Positions 20,326 through 33,720 of a stretch of DNA of 64,000 bases are shown in pieces. Position numbers and translations under genes: made by a program. The stretch is from Nitrospirota bacterium (GTDB lineage: Bacteria > Nitrospirota > UBA9217): positions 96,001 through 160,000 of the forward strand of contig CAVUHW010000020.1 in assembly GCA_963741205.1 (NCBI GenBank). Reading direction: 5' to 3'. Positions within the stretch are counted from its first letter, which is position 1, and every line of letters begins with the position of its first letter. Under the pieces are notes generated by a model, which saw only the letters and a program-made list of their open reading frames with translations, searched no databases and was not told where the DNA came from.

Positions 20326-21750
20326 TTATCGTGAGGGATCATCGTCGCCGGGCTCGACAATGACGGTCCGGCGTCGGGTCAGGTGAACGAGTCCCGGTTT
20401 TGCCCCTTTCGGTTTCCTGACGAATCGGGCAAGGGTATAGGTGATCGGCACCTTGCCCGCTGTCTTCCCTTTGCTGTGCAAAGCCGCCAGCGCCGCGGCT
20501 TTCAGGAGTATGTCGGACGGGATGTCCCTCTTCAAAGGGTTCCTGACCAGGACGTGAGAGCCGGGCAGCCCCTCCGCGTGCAGCCAGAGGTCGTCGGGCC
20601 GGGCAAGCTTCGTGGTGAGTTCGTCATTGGCGGCGGCGTTACCGCCTATGAGGATTTCCCATCCGCTAAAAAGTATTTTTCTGATTCTGGAATCTCCGGC
20701 AACAGGTTTCCGGCGCTTTTCTTTTCTACCCTGCTTGTACGGTGTACCGCGGCGGGTCTCCTGCAATAAGCGGCGGAGCGCATCATCATCCTCGATTGCC
20801 TCGAGTTCGGCGAGCCGCGATTGTATAAGAGATATTTCCTCATCCGTTCGGCGCAGTCGCGCTTCGATGAGCGGAAGGCCCGCCTTGGCCTTTTTGTATT
20901 TTCTGAAATACGCTTCTGCATTTTCCTTCGGAGTGCGCCCTGGGTCCAGCGTGAGCGCGACAGGAACGCCGTCATACCCAGGCAGTTCGACGGATTCCAT
21001 GCCCGTCTTTAACTGCCGCAGGTTGGCCAGGATCAAGTCGCCCTTTTGACGGTAGGTCTCCGACAGTTGCGCGGAGCGCATGTCCGTTGCCACGGCCTCG
21101 CGCCTGCGCAAAGTCCTTCTCAATGTTTGATTGAGAGAAGAACGGACCTCTGCTCTTAAAGCCGCGGTATGCTCCCGGTCGGTGAGGCGCTGGTAATAGT
21201 TTTCCGCAGCCTCGTTCGGAGACGAGGAGTGAGCGATGGACGCGGCGGCCGTAAGCGGTGCGGATTGGTTCTTTTTCTGAGGCGGGATGTATTGTACGCC
21301 GGGCATGAGCAATCGCGACGCCTGTGCGGAGGCCGGCGCCGGATGATACGAGGCAAGAATTCGAAGATCGGCATCGGTGAAAAAAAGGTTCGTCGATGAG
21401 CCGGTCAACTCGAAGAAAAGGTGATGTTCGATATCGTCTTTTATAAAACGAAATTCGACGATCCTGTCGTTGTTCAGCAAAACAATATCCGCCAACCGGC
21501 TTCCAGGGAGACGACTTCTCAAATTGAGCACAAGGGGATGAGGATCGGAGGCTGACCGGGGTTTTTTGCTCACAAGGTGCGTGCGCGGCAGGGAACGATC
21601 GGGAGAAACCAGGAGCGTGAAATTCTTCCGGTCTTTTCTGAACAACAGGTACAGCCCGCCGTCTTCTCCTTGCAGCACCCGCTCCACTCGCGCACCGGTG
21701 AGCAGAGATGAAAGCTCTTCAACGACCGGCGTGAGTATGTCAAAGTGCAT
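20326..21750 (-). CDS. rqcH: NFACT / RqcH (FbpA-like) ribosome quality control protein
   Basis: NDRIVEF, FELTG, ENAEAYFRKYKKAK, DLWLHAEGLPGSHV, VRKPKGAKPG. Confidence 0.88.
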   Translation of the reverse strand: MHFDILTPVVEELSSLLTGARVERVLQGEDGGLYLLFRKDRKNFTLLVSPDRSLPRTHLVSKKPRSASDPHPLVLNLRSRLPGSRLADIVLLNNDRIVEFRFIKDDIEHHLFFELTGSSTNLFFTDADLRILASYHPAPASAQASRLLMPGVQYIPPQKKNQSAPLTAAASIAHSSSPNEAAENYYQRLTDREHTAALRAEVRSSLNQTLRRTLRRREAVATDMRSAQLSETYRQKGDLILANLRQLKTGMESVELPGYDGVPVALTLDPGRTPKENAEAYFRKYKKAKAGLPLIEARLRRTDEEISLIQSRLAELEAIEDDDALRRLLQETRRGTPYKQGRKEKRRKPVAGDSRIRKILFSGWEILIGGNAAANDELTTKLARPDDLWLHAEGLPGSHVLVRNPLKRDIPSDILLKAAALAALHSKGKTAGKVPITYTLARFVRKPKGAKPGLVHLTRRRTVIVEPGDDDPSR

Positions 21751-21786
21751 GAAGAATGCTCCTCTCCGTGCTACGACCCTTTTCCC

Positions 21787-21922
21787 GTCATTTCCCGCAA
21801 CGCGGGACTCTGCCGGCCTGCTCCGATTTTATCGGAGCATGGTTTAAGCCGGAATCCAGTTGTTTTCTTTTGTTTTTTTACCTACAAAACTCAGACTCCC
21901 GAGAGAGGTGTTCGGGAATGAC
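21787..21922. repeat. Family A REP-like element with nested hairpins
   Basis: gtcatttcccgc...gccggaatccag...ctcccga...tcgggaatgac. Confidence 0.7.
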
Positions 21923-21982
21923 AACAAGGTGTTGCCGTAGTATTCGGGAGTGGGATGTTTTATTCCGCATTTACGCCATTCA

Positions 21983-22741
21983 TCATGGCACATTCAGCAT
22001 CTTATGGGCCTGCGGGATGACCCGCACATCCCGGATGATCCCGAGAGCGGCGTCCTGAAAATCTATCAGTGTCTTTGCGTCAGGCGCCAGCGGACCGCCC
22101 GCAGGCTGGAGAACAAGTGGTATGGATGTGTCACGCTTCGCGATGAGGCGCGCCGAAAAAAGGATGTCGGCCATCTGCGTGTCCCGGGTCACCACAGCTT
22201 TGACAAAAAGCAGGGTATGGGTTGCCGCCGCTAAAAACCGCTCATGTTCTTCCCAATACGGACGAAGACCGGTGGCTGAGGGGAGCTTGAAGTCCATGCT
22301 CACGATATCGACCATGGTTCCGAGGGAGTCCATGGCATCATAATGAATGCCGTTTGTTTCAAGATAGACGCGATAGTCCCGCTTCAGCGCCGGAAGCCAC
22401 TGGGTCAGGAATGCATGCTGCAACAACGGCTCACCTCCAGTCAGGCTGATCGTGGACCGAGACGGGCCGGGGATGGACAGACGCGCGCACAATTCAGTAA
22501 GTTGGGCGGCTGACACAGGGTTCGGGACCCTCTCGTATACAGCCGGCATACGCGGTGCGGTCTGGACCCTGCAGAATTCCCGGACGCCGTCGCCCTCAGG
22601 TTCCGTTATGGCCGCGGGAGTATCACAATAACGGCAACGCATATCGCAGCCCTGGAACCTGACAAAAATGTGACGTTCCCCTATCCAAGGGCCCTCTCCT
22701 TGAATGGAAACAAATACTTCGCTGAGGCGGGCATGGGTCAT
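21983..22741 (-). CDS. queE: 7-carboxy-7-deazaguanine synthase
   Basis: EVFVSIQGEG, FVRFQGCDMRCRYCDT, TGGEPLL, ETNG, VIPQAHK; start ATG 22741. Confidence 0.9.
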   Translation of the reverse strand: MTHARLSEVFVSIQGEGPWIGERHIFVRFQGCDMRCRYCDTPAAITEPEGDGVREFCRVQTAPRMPAVYERVPNPVSAAQLTELCARLSIPGPSRSTISLTGGEPLLQHAFLTQWLPALKRDYRVYLETNGIHYDAMDSLGTMVDIVSMDFKLPSATGLRPYWEEHERFLAAATHTLLFVKAVVTRDTQMADILFSARLIAKRDTSIPLVLQPAGGPLAPDAKTLIDFQDAALGIIRDVRVIPQAHKMLNVP

Positions 22742-22747
22742 GGTGCA

Positions 22748-22776
22748 ATAATACAGAACTGCGATCTGAATTACAA
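22748..22776 (-). promoter_or_regulatory. sigma70 promoter of queE, leaderless
   Basis: Minus strand TTGTAA-17 bp-TATTAT, 6 nt, then ATG. Confidence 0.65.
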
Positions 22777-23025
22777 GGGTTGACGCGGGCCGGTAGTGGT
22801 CGGTTTGACCTGCCAGCGGATTCAGTGTGAAGAAATATGGTCTTTCTGCCATGCTAAAGAGAAAAACATTCCTGCCGATAAGAAAGGCACTATGGGTATG
22901 GGGATGTTTATATGGGGACGGGCGATCAGCACGTATAAATTGAAACTGACCCACAACCCGCTGGCCATTATTTCTTGACAAACAAGTGTGAAAGATGTAA
23001 CTTTAGAACTAAATGAGGAGACCTG

Positions 23026-24366
23026 ATGAACCCTAAAATTACCTTTATTTTACTGATTATTATCACTGCAATTGCGATCCCCTTCATACCGGCGTATGCC
23101 GATCAGCTCGCGCCACTGAACGAGGACCAGTCCGCTATCGTCCCTCCCCAGTTAAAGCCACCGACTGAAGATGTGGCGCAGCTCGATGAATCCGAAGATC
23201 TCGGGGTTGAAAAGCTCTACGACATACCCATGGTTTTGAATGACAGTGTTGAGACCCATCTGGAATATTTCACCAACCGGGGAAGGGACAAATTCCAACT
23301 GTATCTGGATCGCTCCGCACGTTTTATGCCAATGATGAAAGACATCTTCCGCGAGAAGAACATGCCCGAGGACCTGGTCTATGTGGCCCTGATCGAAAGC
23401 GGGTTCAATCCCTACGCTGTCTCCTGGTGCAAGGCGGTCGGCGCATGGCAGTTCATGCCTGGCACGGCCAAGCTCTACGGCCTCAAGATCGACTGGTGGA
23501 TCGACGAACGTAAAGACCCGATCAAATCGACGAAGGCCGCCGCCGAACTCCTGAAGGATCTGCACGACCAATTCGGTTCCTGGCCGCTCGCGCTCGCCTC
23601 TTATAATGCAGGGGCGGGCAAAGTGCAGCGGGCGGTGCTAAGGACCCGCTCCGAGGACTTCTGGGACCTCAAGGCCTCACGCTTCATCAAGCCGGAAACG
23701 AAGAACTACATTCCCAAGTACATGGCAGCGACCATCATCGCCAAAAACCCTGAAGGATATGGCTTTACCGCAGGCAGCCGCGCACCCTTCAAATACGATG
23801 AAGTGACGCTTGAGGAAAGCGCGGACCTCCGCCTCATTGCACGCTGCGCGGAATGCTCGTATGAGGAAATCAAGGAGTTGAACCCCGAACTCAAGCGCTG
23901 GGTCACCCCCCCTCACTTCGATAAATATGTCCTGCGGATCCCGCCGGGAAAGAAAGACGTATTTGTGGCGAACTTCACCGCCGTTCCACCAGAGCAGAAG
24001 ATCAAATGGGAACGGCATGAAGTGAAGAAGGGTGAGACCCTCGCCAGTCTTGCCAAGAAATACAACACGACCTCAGAAGCCATCCGGGACGTTAACGGGA
24101 TTCGCAAAAACCGGCTCTCGCCCGGCAAGCACATCCTCATCCCTGTCGATATGAACGGGACGGCGGATGTGACATATTTGAACCCCGGTCAGGACGTCAG
24201 GCAGCAAGAAATATTCTACCGCGTTCGGCGCGGCGAGACCCTCGTCAAGATCGCTAAAAAACATAATATCAGCGTGGCGGACATCAGGGAATGGAATAAG
24301 GGGATAGGGAAATCGGTACGGGCAGGACAGCAGATCAAACTGATCGTCGATGTGAATCAGATATAA
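23026..24366 (+). CDS. mltD: Lytic transglycosylase with two LysM domains
   Basis: LIESG, AVGAWQFM, ASYNAG, ETKNY; two LysM repeats; upstream TTGACA-17-TAACTT and GAGGAG SD. Confidence 0.92.
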   Translation: MNPKITFILLIIITAIAIPFIPAYADQLAPLNEDQSAIVPPQLKPPTEDVAQLDESEDLGVEKLYDIPMVLNDSVETHLEYFTNRGRDKFQLYLDRSARFMPMMKDIFREKNMPEDLVYVALIESGFNPYAVSWCKAVGAWQFMPGTAKLYGLKIDWWIDERKDPIKSTKAAAELLKDLHDQFGSWPLALASYNAGAGKVQRAVLRTRSEDFWDLKASRFIKPETKNYIPKYMAATIIAKNPEGYGFTAGSRAPFKYDEVTLEESADLRLIARCAECSYEEIKELNPELKRWVTPPHFDKYVLRIPPGKKDVFVANFTAVPPEQKIKWERHEVKKGETLASLAKKYNTTSEAIRDVNGIRKNRLSPGKHILIPVDMNGTADVTYLNPGQDVRQQEIFYRVRRGETLVKIAKKHNISVADIREWNKGIGKSVRAGQQIKLIVDVNQI

Positions 24367-24380
24367 TCGCGTGTCGAATC

Positions 24381-24417
24381 AAAAAGGGTCAGGGAAATAT
24401 CCCTGACCCTTTTTTTT
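24381..24417. terminator. Bidirectional intrinsic terminator
   Basis: AAAAAGGGTCAGGGA-AATA-TCCCTGACCCTTTTTTTT between convergent genes. Confidence 0.9.
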
Positions 24418-24505
24418 GCTATTGAACGGAAGCATCGTTTTGTTTGAACCCGGCGGCGGCAAATTCGATTCATTTCTGTTCCGGACACCGCCGGCACGGC
24501 AGTTC

Positions 24506-25219
24506 TTAGTTGCTCTGCGTTCCCCCAACGGATTGAGGAAGCGGGGAAATCACTTGCACCTTGCCTTTCGCCTCCATGCCCCAGGTCGTACCGATAAGTT
24601 TGTCGGCAACCTCTTTATACTTCTTATCGGCCGCGGACTTATTTCCCGCAGCTTCATAGAGACGGGCGAGTTCCACTGTAGAAACGCCCGGCCCGAGCAA
24701 GGCCTCCGCTTGTTCGAACGACTTCCGCGCGTCATCCTGCCGTCCCATCCCCTGATATGCATAGGCCATGCGCTGATATACGAGGCCGAGGAGTAATTTG
24801 TCGCCCGAGTATTTGCTTACGAAGGCCTGATATTCCTTGATCGCTTCTTCCGGCCGGCCGAGATTCACGAGGCAGTTTCCGACATAGTACTGAGCTATTG
24901 CGGCGCTCCTGGTGCCGGAATACTTTTTTTGAATATCACGGTACAGATCGAGAGCCTTGCCGTAATCTCCGGGAGCGCCGTTCGACGGGCTGTAGACCTC
25001 GTATGCGGCCGCAACAAGCGGCTCGGCCTTCTGCTCCTGCTGGGCGCGCACGAGCGCATATCCACCCGCAAGCACGACGACGGCGGCAATGGCCGTTCCG
25101 GCGATCGTAAACTGTCTCTTGTATTTCGCGAGAAAGGCTGAAATGATATGCGCAATCGTCACAATCTCCTGCTCAGGCTGTCTGGGTGCTGCATATCCTC
25201 TCTTCTTGATCGTCGGCAT
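24506..25219 (-). CDS. YfgM-like TPR membrane protein
   Basis: Single N-terminal TM followed by TPR repeats (AQYYVGNCLVNLGRPEEAIKEYQ). Confidence 0.75.
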   Translation of the reverse strand: MPTIKKRGYAAPRQPEQEIVTIAHIISAFLAKYKRQFTIAGTAIAAVVVLAGGYALVRAQQEQKAEPLVAAAYEVYSPSNGAPGDYGKALDLYRDIQKKYSGTRSAAIAQYYVGNCLVNLGRPEEAIKEYQAFVSKYSGDKLLLGLVYQRMAYAYQGMGRQDDARKSFEQAEALLGPGVSTVELARLYEAAGNKSAADKKYKEVADKLIGTTWGMEAKGKVQVISPLPQSVGGTQSN

Positions 25220-25259
25220 TGGTACAACCTCCCCTTAGGAAAAGAAATGTCGGAATGCG

Positions 25260-25307
25260 GAGCCTGCGCCCAGCGGTTACGAGTGCGGTAGCGCGAGTGC
25301 AGGGTGT
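25260..25307 (-). repeat. Family B hairpin repeat, copy 2
   Basis: Reverse complement reads ACACCCTGCACTCGCGCTACCGCACTCGTAACCGCTGGGCGCAGGCTC. Confidence 0.8.
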
Positions 25308-25340
25308 GCGGATTGGAACGTCCACACTTCGATAATTCAC

Positions 25341-26003
25341 TCACTTGTTCAGCGTTGCTCTCGCCTTGGAAGCCAGCTCCCGGGAGTTTCGGAGAACCTC
25401 ATCGATCTGCCCCCTGTTGAGCCCTGCGCCGAGCAGTACGCCCGTCGCGAATTCATCGGTGATCAGATCGCCGGGTTCGTGGGTGTCGGTATCGATCACA
25501 AGTTTTGCTCCCGTTTCAACGGCGATTCTGGCCACGTGTCCGTTGGAGAGGCTGTGGCCCTTTCGCGAAGAGATCTCCAGATATACACCGTTCCGCGCTG
25601 CGAGATCAGCTTCATCCCTTGAAATAAGCCCCGGGTGGGCCAGGATGTCGACGCGCGCCTCGATGGCTGCGCGGTTCGTCCCCGGATGGACGGGCTCCAC
25701 AAGGGTTTCACCGTGTGCAACGACAATTGCGGCGCCCAGGGAACGCGCCCGGTCGGTAAGCTCGGCGAACGTTTCGGGGGGTATGTGCGTCAGTTCGATG
25801 CCCGGCAGCGCTGTTATTTTCCACCGTCTGTTCAGCTCCCGGCATGCGGCGGAAACACGCGGAATGGCGAAATCGAGGTTCGACGAGTCCGCATGGTCGG
25901 TGATTGCGATTACCTCGTAGCCTTTCATGACTGCGCGGCGTACCAGCTCCGACGGCACGAGCACCCCGTCACTGAACAACGAATGAGTGTGGAGATCGAT
26001 CAT
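25341..26003 (-). CDS. PHP-domain phosphoesterase (histidinol-phosphatase-like)
   Basis: IDLHTHS..SDG, ITDH, GIELTH, AHGET, LAHP, TDTH. Confidence 0.9.
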   Translation of the reverse strand: MIDLHTHSLFSDGVLVPSELVRRAVMKGYEVIAITDHADSSNLDFAIPRVSAACRELNRRWKITALPGIELTHIPPETFAELTDRARSLGAAIVVAHGETLVEPVHPGTNRAAIEARVDILAHPGLISRDEADLAARNGVYLEISSRKGHSLSNGHVARIAVETGAKLVIDTDTHEPGDLITDEFATGVLLGAGLNRGQIDEVLRNSRELASKARATLNK

Positions 26004-26046
26004 GAAACCTCCCAATTGACGAACGATGGACGACCGTTTGCTCCGT

Positions 26047-26091
26047 ACCCTGCACTCGCGCTATGCACTCGTAAGCGCTGGGCACAGGCTC
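26047..26091 (+). repeat. Family B hairpin repeat, copy 3
   Basis: ACCCTGCACTCGCGCTATGCACTCGTAAGCGCTGGGCACAGGCTC. Confidence 0.8.
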
Positions 26092-26143
26092 ACGAGGACT
26101 ACGGACGCAGAGGCTTTTCGACTTTCGTCCCTCGTCCTCCGTT

Positions 26144-27094
26144 CTACGCAAACTTGCATTTCATACCCTGCCGGCTTCCCCGTTTTTCAAGACAGGCATC
26201 GAGATCGATCAGAAACTCGCTGCGCGTTTTGTTCCAGACCGGCGCAATCAATATCTCGTCCGGCGCCGCGGCGAAAAGCCTTTGGAGAACGATCCGTGGA
26301 GACAAACGGTCCAGAAAGTCGGCGAGCATCGTCAGATACTCTTCATAGCCGAATGTCGGAAACGGCTTTGTCAGGTACAGATCGGCCAGGGCCGTGTCTT
26401 TCACGACCTGAAGCTGGTGGATCTTGAGGAACTCGACCGGCATCCGGGAAAGCTCCTCTGCCATGCCGAGCATATCTTCTCGCGTTTCCGTGGGAAAGCC
26501 CAGGATGAGGTGAGCGCCGACCCTGATGCCGCGGCCGGCAGTCAGCGTGACGGCATGTTGAAAACAGGCGTAATCGTGCCCCCGGTTGATGAACTCGAGC
26601 GTCCTGTCGTAGATCGATTGGAGGCCGTATTCTACAAGGACGAAATAGTCCCGGGCAAGGGATTCGAGAAGCTCGATTTTTTCTTCATCGACGCAGTCCG
26701 GCCGCGTGCCAATGGCAAGCCCCACGACGCCCGGATTGTCGAGCGCCTCGCGGTAGAGACGCTCCAGCGTCTCGACAGGGGCATAGGTATTCGTATAGGG
26801 CTGGAAATAAACGATGAACTTATCCGCGCCGTACCGGGACCGCAGGTAAGGGATGCCTTTCGCGATCTGCTCGCGCAAGGATGAAGAGCTCGTGCACGCC
26901 GAAGGTCTGAAGCTGTCGTTATTGCAGTAAATGCATCCCCCGGTCGCAATGCTTCCGTCGCGGTTTGGGCAGGTGAACCCCGCGTCCACATTCACCTTAT
27001 AAACCGGCTGACCGAACAACTCCTTCATATACTGACCGAAAGCGTTGTATCGCCGGGACATCATCTTTTTATGTGAGAGTTCGGCAACTTTCAT
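26144..27094 (-). CDS. YhcC / TIGR01212-type radical SAM protein
   Basis: DAGFTCPNRDG, GGCIYC, YFQPYTNTY, IGTRPDC, LKIHQL. Confidence 0.9.
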   Translation of the reverse strand: MKVAELSHKKMMSRRYNAFGQYMKELFGQPVYKVNVDAGFTCPNRDGSIATGGCIYCNNDSFRPSACTSSSSLREQIAKGIPYLRSRYGADKFIVYFQPYTNTYAPVETLERLYREALDNPGVVGLAIGTRPDCVDEEKIELLESLARDYFVLVEYGLQSIYDRTLEFINRGHDYACFQHAVTLTAGRGIRVGAHLILGFPTETREDMLGMAEELSRMPVEFLKIHQLQVVKDTALADLYLTKPFPTFGYEEYLTMLADFLDRLSPRIVLQRLFAAAPDEILIAPVWNKTRSEFLIDLDACLEKRGSRQGMKCKFA

Positions 27095-27197
27095 GACAAA
27101 AATACGTTTCCGCGGGACAACTGCATGCCGAACGGAAAAGTGATGGTAATATACCAGACGTGGGCAAAAAAATCCAGAGAGGAATTCCTGACTCTCT

Positions 27198-27665
27198 TTA
27201 TCTCGTCCACGACGTGGTCCTGCCAAAGAGGGAAATGCCGATGAACCCCCGCAGTTTCAGTTGGTTGGGAGAGACAAGTGTTATTTTGCCGCGGTATTTA
27301 TTGCCGTTCTTCGGGTCATATACCGTACCGCCGCTCCAGGTGTTATCTCCTGCGAACGCGAAGTCACGCATGATCACGAGCCCGATGATCGGCGTTTTTC
27401 TGAGCGCCGGGTCCGGGTTGTTGTGGTCGAGCCTCGGTGTTCCGGGGGGGCCTTCCTTCGAACCTTCGGGATAATTCGGTTCCTTGGCCCAGACGACCTT
27501 GCCGCAATACCGATCGCCGCACTGGTAGATCTCGATCTTTCCGTCCTTCTCCTCATTGTTCCAGACGCCGAGGATCGCGTCTCCGCCGGAAGCCGATGGC
27601 GGATACGGCTGATGACCAGTAATAAAGCCAGCATCAAGATGATCTTTATTCATGATGGCCCTCAT
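27198..27665 (-). CDS. DUF2147 family secreted protein
   Basis: ILGVW, YCGKVVW, DHNNPDPALR, GTVYDPKNG, LRGFIGISLFGRTTSWTR. Confidence 0.88.
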   Translation of the reverse strand: MRAIMNKDHLDAGFITGHQPYPPSASGGDAILGVWNNEEKDGKIEIYQCGDRYCGKVVWAKEPNYPEGSKEGPPGTPRLDHNNPDPALRKTPIIGLVIMRDFAFAGDNTWSGGTVYDPKNGNKYRGKITLVSPNQLKLRGFIGISLFGRTTSWTR

Positions 27666-28501
27666 TTCAATAGTGATTTCACGGTCCGCATGTTCCGCGG
27701 ATCGTCCTCTTCCGTTTCCTTCGGCGTCTCCATGATTTTCGGAATTTCCCTGAACGCGGGGTGATGGAGCAGCACCTTGAAGCCGTCAAGACCTACCTTC
27801 CCTTCCCCGATATGCCAGTGGCGGTCGACACGGGAACCAAAGTCGCGAAGGCAGTCGTTCAGATGCATGCCTTTCAGACGTTCCAGTCCGACGGTTGAAT
27901 CTATCTTCTTTGCGAGGGCTGCCACGTCTTTTTTGGTGCGTATATCGTATCCCGCCGCAAACCCGTGACAGGTATCGTAACAGAGACCAACCGGCGCTGC
28001 ATCATCGAGTAGTGCCATGACCTCCCGGACCTGTTCGAGCGTATACCCGACGTCTCCGGCCTCGCCCGCCGTGTTCTCGAGCAGTATGGTCGCTTTCGGC
28101 TCGTGAACCTTCATCGCCGCATTCAGTGCGTCCGCCACCCGCCCGATCATCCATTCCGCGTCCTTGCCGCTCGCGGAACCGAGATGGGTCACCAGATATT
28201 CGGCGCCGAGGCGCTCCGTTCGTTCAAGATCGATCACGAACTGCTCGATGGAGCGTTCGTAGAGGTCGGGCCGGGGAGAGGCGAGGTTGATGAGATAGTT
28301 CGTATGGACGAACACCGGCCCGATGTCCCACTGTTCGCGCAGTTTTTTAAAGCGCGCGATATCGTCCCGGTCCAGGGGTTTCACCGTCCAGCCGCGCGGG
28401 TTCCTGCTGAAGATCTGCATGCAGGTGCAGCCGAGCTCGAAGGCGCGCTGGACGGCAAGGGAGAAGCCGCCGGATATGGAGACGTGGAAGCCGATTCGCA
28501 T
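27662..28501 (-). CDS. nfo: Endonuclease IV
   Basis: IGFHVSI, QIFSRNP, HTNYLINL, LENTAG, DTCH, HLND, DRH, ETP. Confidence 0.95.
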   Translation of the reverse strand: MRIGFHVSISGGFSLAVQRAFELGCTCMQIFSRNPRGWTVKPLDRDDIARFKKLREQWDIGPVFVHTNYLINLASPRPDLYERSIEQFVIDLERTERLGAEYLVTHLGSASGKDAEWMIGRVADALNAAMKVHEPKATILLENTAGEAGDVGYTLEQVREVMALLDDAAPVGLCYDTCHGFAAGYDIRTKKDVAALAKKIDSTVGLERLKGMHLNDCLRDFGSRVDRHWHIGEGKVGLDGFKVLLHHPAFREIPKIMETPKETEEDDPRNMRTVKSLLK

Positions 28502-28549
28502 AGAATCCTTTTTTGCCACAGAGGACACAGAGATCACAGAGAAAGTATC

Positions 28550-28654
28550 GTCATCTCCGGCATGATTCTAGCCGGGATCAGGGTCTTGAGTTTTCACATA
28601 GTTTAAAAATGTTTAAAGAAACTGGATTCCCGATTAAAGGCGTTCGGGAATGAC
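28550..28654. repeat. Family A REP-like element, preceded by CACAGAG short repeats (28516-28546)
   Basis: gtcatctccggc...gccggga...ctggattcccga...tcgggaatgac. Confidence 0.75.
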
Positions 28655-28674
28655 AAATAAGGTTCGCCGTCGTC

Positions 28675-31879
<3,205 letters not shown>

Positions 31880-31883
<4 letters not shown>

Positions 31884-32302
31884 TCCTTGACTCCGGTGGC
31901 GGCCTCGACTGCGCGTTTGGCCCGGTTCTTTGCCGAGCGCTTGCCGTATAGTCTTGCACATAGGGAAACGATGACTTCATGAAGATCGCGCACGATATCG
32001 TCCTTCATCTCATCAGGTTCGATGACCATGAGTTTTCTACCCTGTGCGGCGAGAGCGGCCTCGACGTATTCGATGCCGAACCTCATTAACCTGTCCCTAT
32101 GCTCTACGATGACGGTGCTTACACCGGGATTTCTCAGTATGCGAAGCATGGCGCGGCGATGTCCGTTCAGGCCGGAACCTACCTCTTTGACCACCTCGAC
32201 AACGCGCAGTTGCCGGCTTGCCGCATACTCGCTGAGCCTGGCTATCTGACGGTCCAAATCGGCCTTCTGATCGGCGCCAGACACCCGGGCATAGAGTGCT
32301 TT
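31880..32302 (-). pseudogene. tnpA: IS607 serine recombinase TnpA lacking the N-terminal HTH
   Basis: ALYARVSGADQKADLDRQ, EVGSGLN, EHRDRLMRFG, CARLYGKRS; begins right after the regulator stop codon with no start or HTH. Confidence 0.85.
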
Positions 32303-32307
32303 GAACG

Positions 32308-33690
32308 CTAACCCTCCCCCTTGTCCTCCAGCTGATAGTCCTTGATCTTCGTGAGGAGCGTCTTGTAGCTTACCTGGAGGACCTCGGCCGCCCGGGTCTT
32401 GTTTCCGCCGGTCTGTTTGAGCGCCTGCCTGATGCGTCGCGATTCGGCGATGCGCGTGGCCGCCGCGGCAACGTCCTGAAGGGGGCCGTCCATGGGCACG
32501 TGTTCGCATAGCGCGTCGATGATGCTCGACTCGCTGATGCCCAGGTCCTGGGCGCGGATGGCCCCGCCGTCCGCGTAGATCACGGCGCGCTCGATCACGT
32601 TCTCCAGCTCGCGGACGTTGCCCTTCCAGGGTGATTTCATCAGGATTTCCATTGCTTCGTCGGAGATCGCAAGCGGGCCTTTCCGTACCTCGGCCGAATA
32701 CTTGTTCAAAAAGTTCTGGGCCAGCGCCGGGATGTCCTCCCGCCGCTCCCTGAGCGGAGGGATCGTGATGGGAAACACATTCAGGCGGTAGAACAGGTCC
32801 TCCCGGAACATCTTGACGCTGACCGCCTTCTCGATATCCTTGTTCGTGGCGGCCACGACCCGTACGTCAATCTTGATCGGCTTGCCGCCGCCTACGCGCT
32901 CGATCACCTGCTCCTGCAGCACGCGCAGCATCTTTGCCTGCAGAGACATGTCCATATCGCCGATCTCGTCAAGGAAAACCGTGCCCTTGTCCGCAAGTTC
33001 GAGTTTGCCGAGTTTCCGCGCGTCCGCTCCCGTGAACGCGCCGCGCTCGTAGCCGAAGAGCTCGCTTTCCAAGAGTTCCCGGGGGATCGCCGCGGAATTT
33101 ATCGCGATAAACGGTGCGTCCTTGCGCTGAGAGAGGTAGTGGATGGCTCGGGCGAAAAGCTCCTTGCCCGTCCCGCTCTCGCCGTGGATCATTACGGTGG
33201 CGTTCGTCGGCGCGACCTTCTGGATCTTCGAGGTGATCTCCTGCATCTGTGAGCTCTTGCCGATGATCTTGGGCATGCCCAGTTTCTCGGCAAACTCTTC
33301 CCTGAGCAGGATGTTCTCGGCCGCGAGACGCGTCGCGTCGAGCGACCTCTTGATGAGCACCAGCAGATGGTCGGTGTCGAAAGGTTTGGTCAGAAAATCG
33401 TAGGCCCCGTCCTTCACGGCTTTTACCGCGGTCTCGATGGTGCCGAATGCGGTCATGACGATCACCGGCAGAAGGGGGTTATCCTGTTTCACCGCCCTGA
33501 GAACCTCGAAGCCGTCCTTCTTTGGCAGCTTCAGGTCCGTCAGCACCACTCCGATGCGCTCGTCCGCGAGTTTCTTGATGCCCTCGGCGCCGTCCCTGGC
33601 CGGAATCACCCGATAGCCCTCGCCTTCCAGGGTCTGCTTGAGCATGTCCAGCATGCTTTCTTTATCTTCGACGACTAAGATGGTATCCAT
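32308..33690 (-). CDS. sigma54-dependent response regulator (NtrC family)
   Basis: Receiver domain, GESGTGKE, GAFTGA, FLDEIG, WKGNVREL, Fis-type HTH. Confidence 0.95.
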   Translation of the reverse strand: MDTILVVEDKESMLDMLKQTLEGEGYRVIPARDGAEGIKKLADERIGVVLTDLKLPKKDGFEVLRAVKQDNPLLPVIVMTAFGTIETAVKAVKDGAYDFLTKPFDTDHLLVLIKRSLDATRLAAENILLREEFAEKLGMPKIIGKSSQMQEITSKIQKVAPTNATVMIHGESGTGKELFARAIHYLSQRKDAPFIAINSAAIPRELLESELFGYERGAFTGADARKLGKLELADKGTVFLDEIGDMDMSLQAKMLRVLQEQVIERVGGGKPIKIDVRVVAATNKDIEKAVSVKMFREDLFYRLNVFPITIPPLRERREDIPALAQNFLNKYSAEVRKGPLAISDEAMEILMKSPWKGNVRELENVIERAVIYADGGAIRAQDLGISESSIIDALCEHVPMDGPLQDVAAAATRIAESRRIRQALKQTGGNKTRAAEVLQVSYKTLLTKIKDYQLEDKGEG

Positions 33691-33720
33691 TTTCAAATAT
33701 CCCCATTATACCGTAAATAC

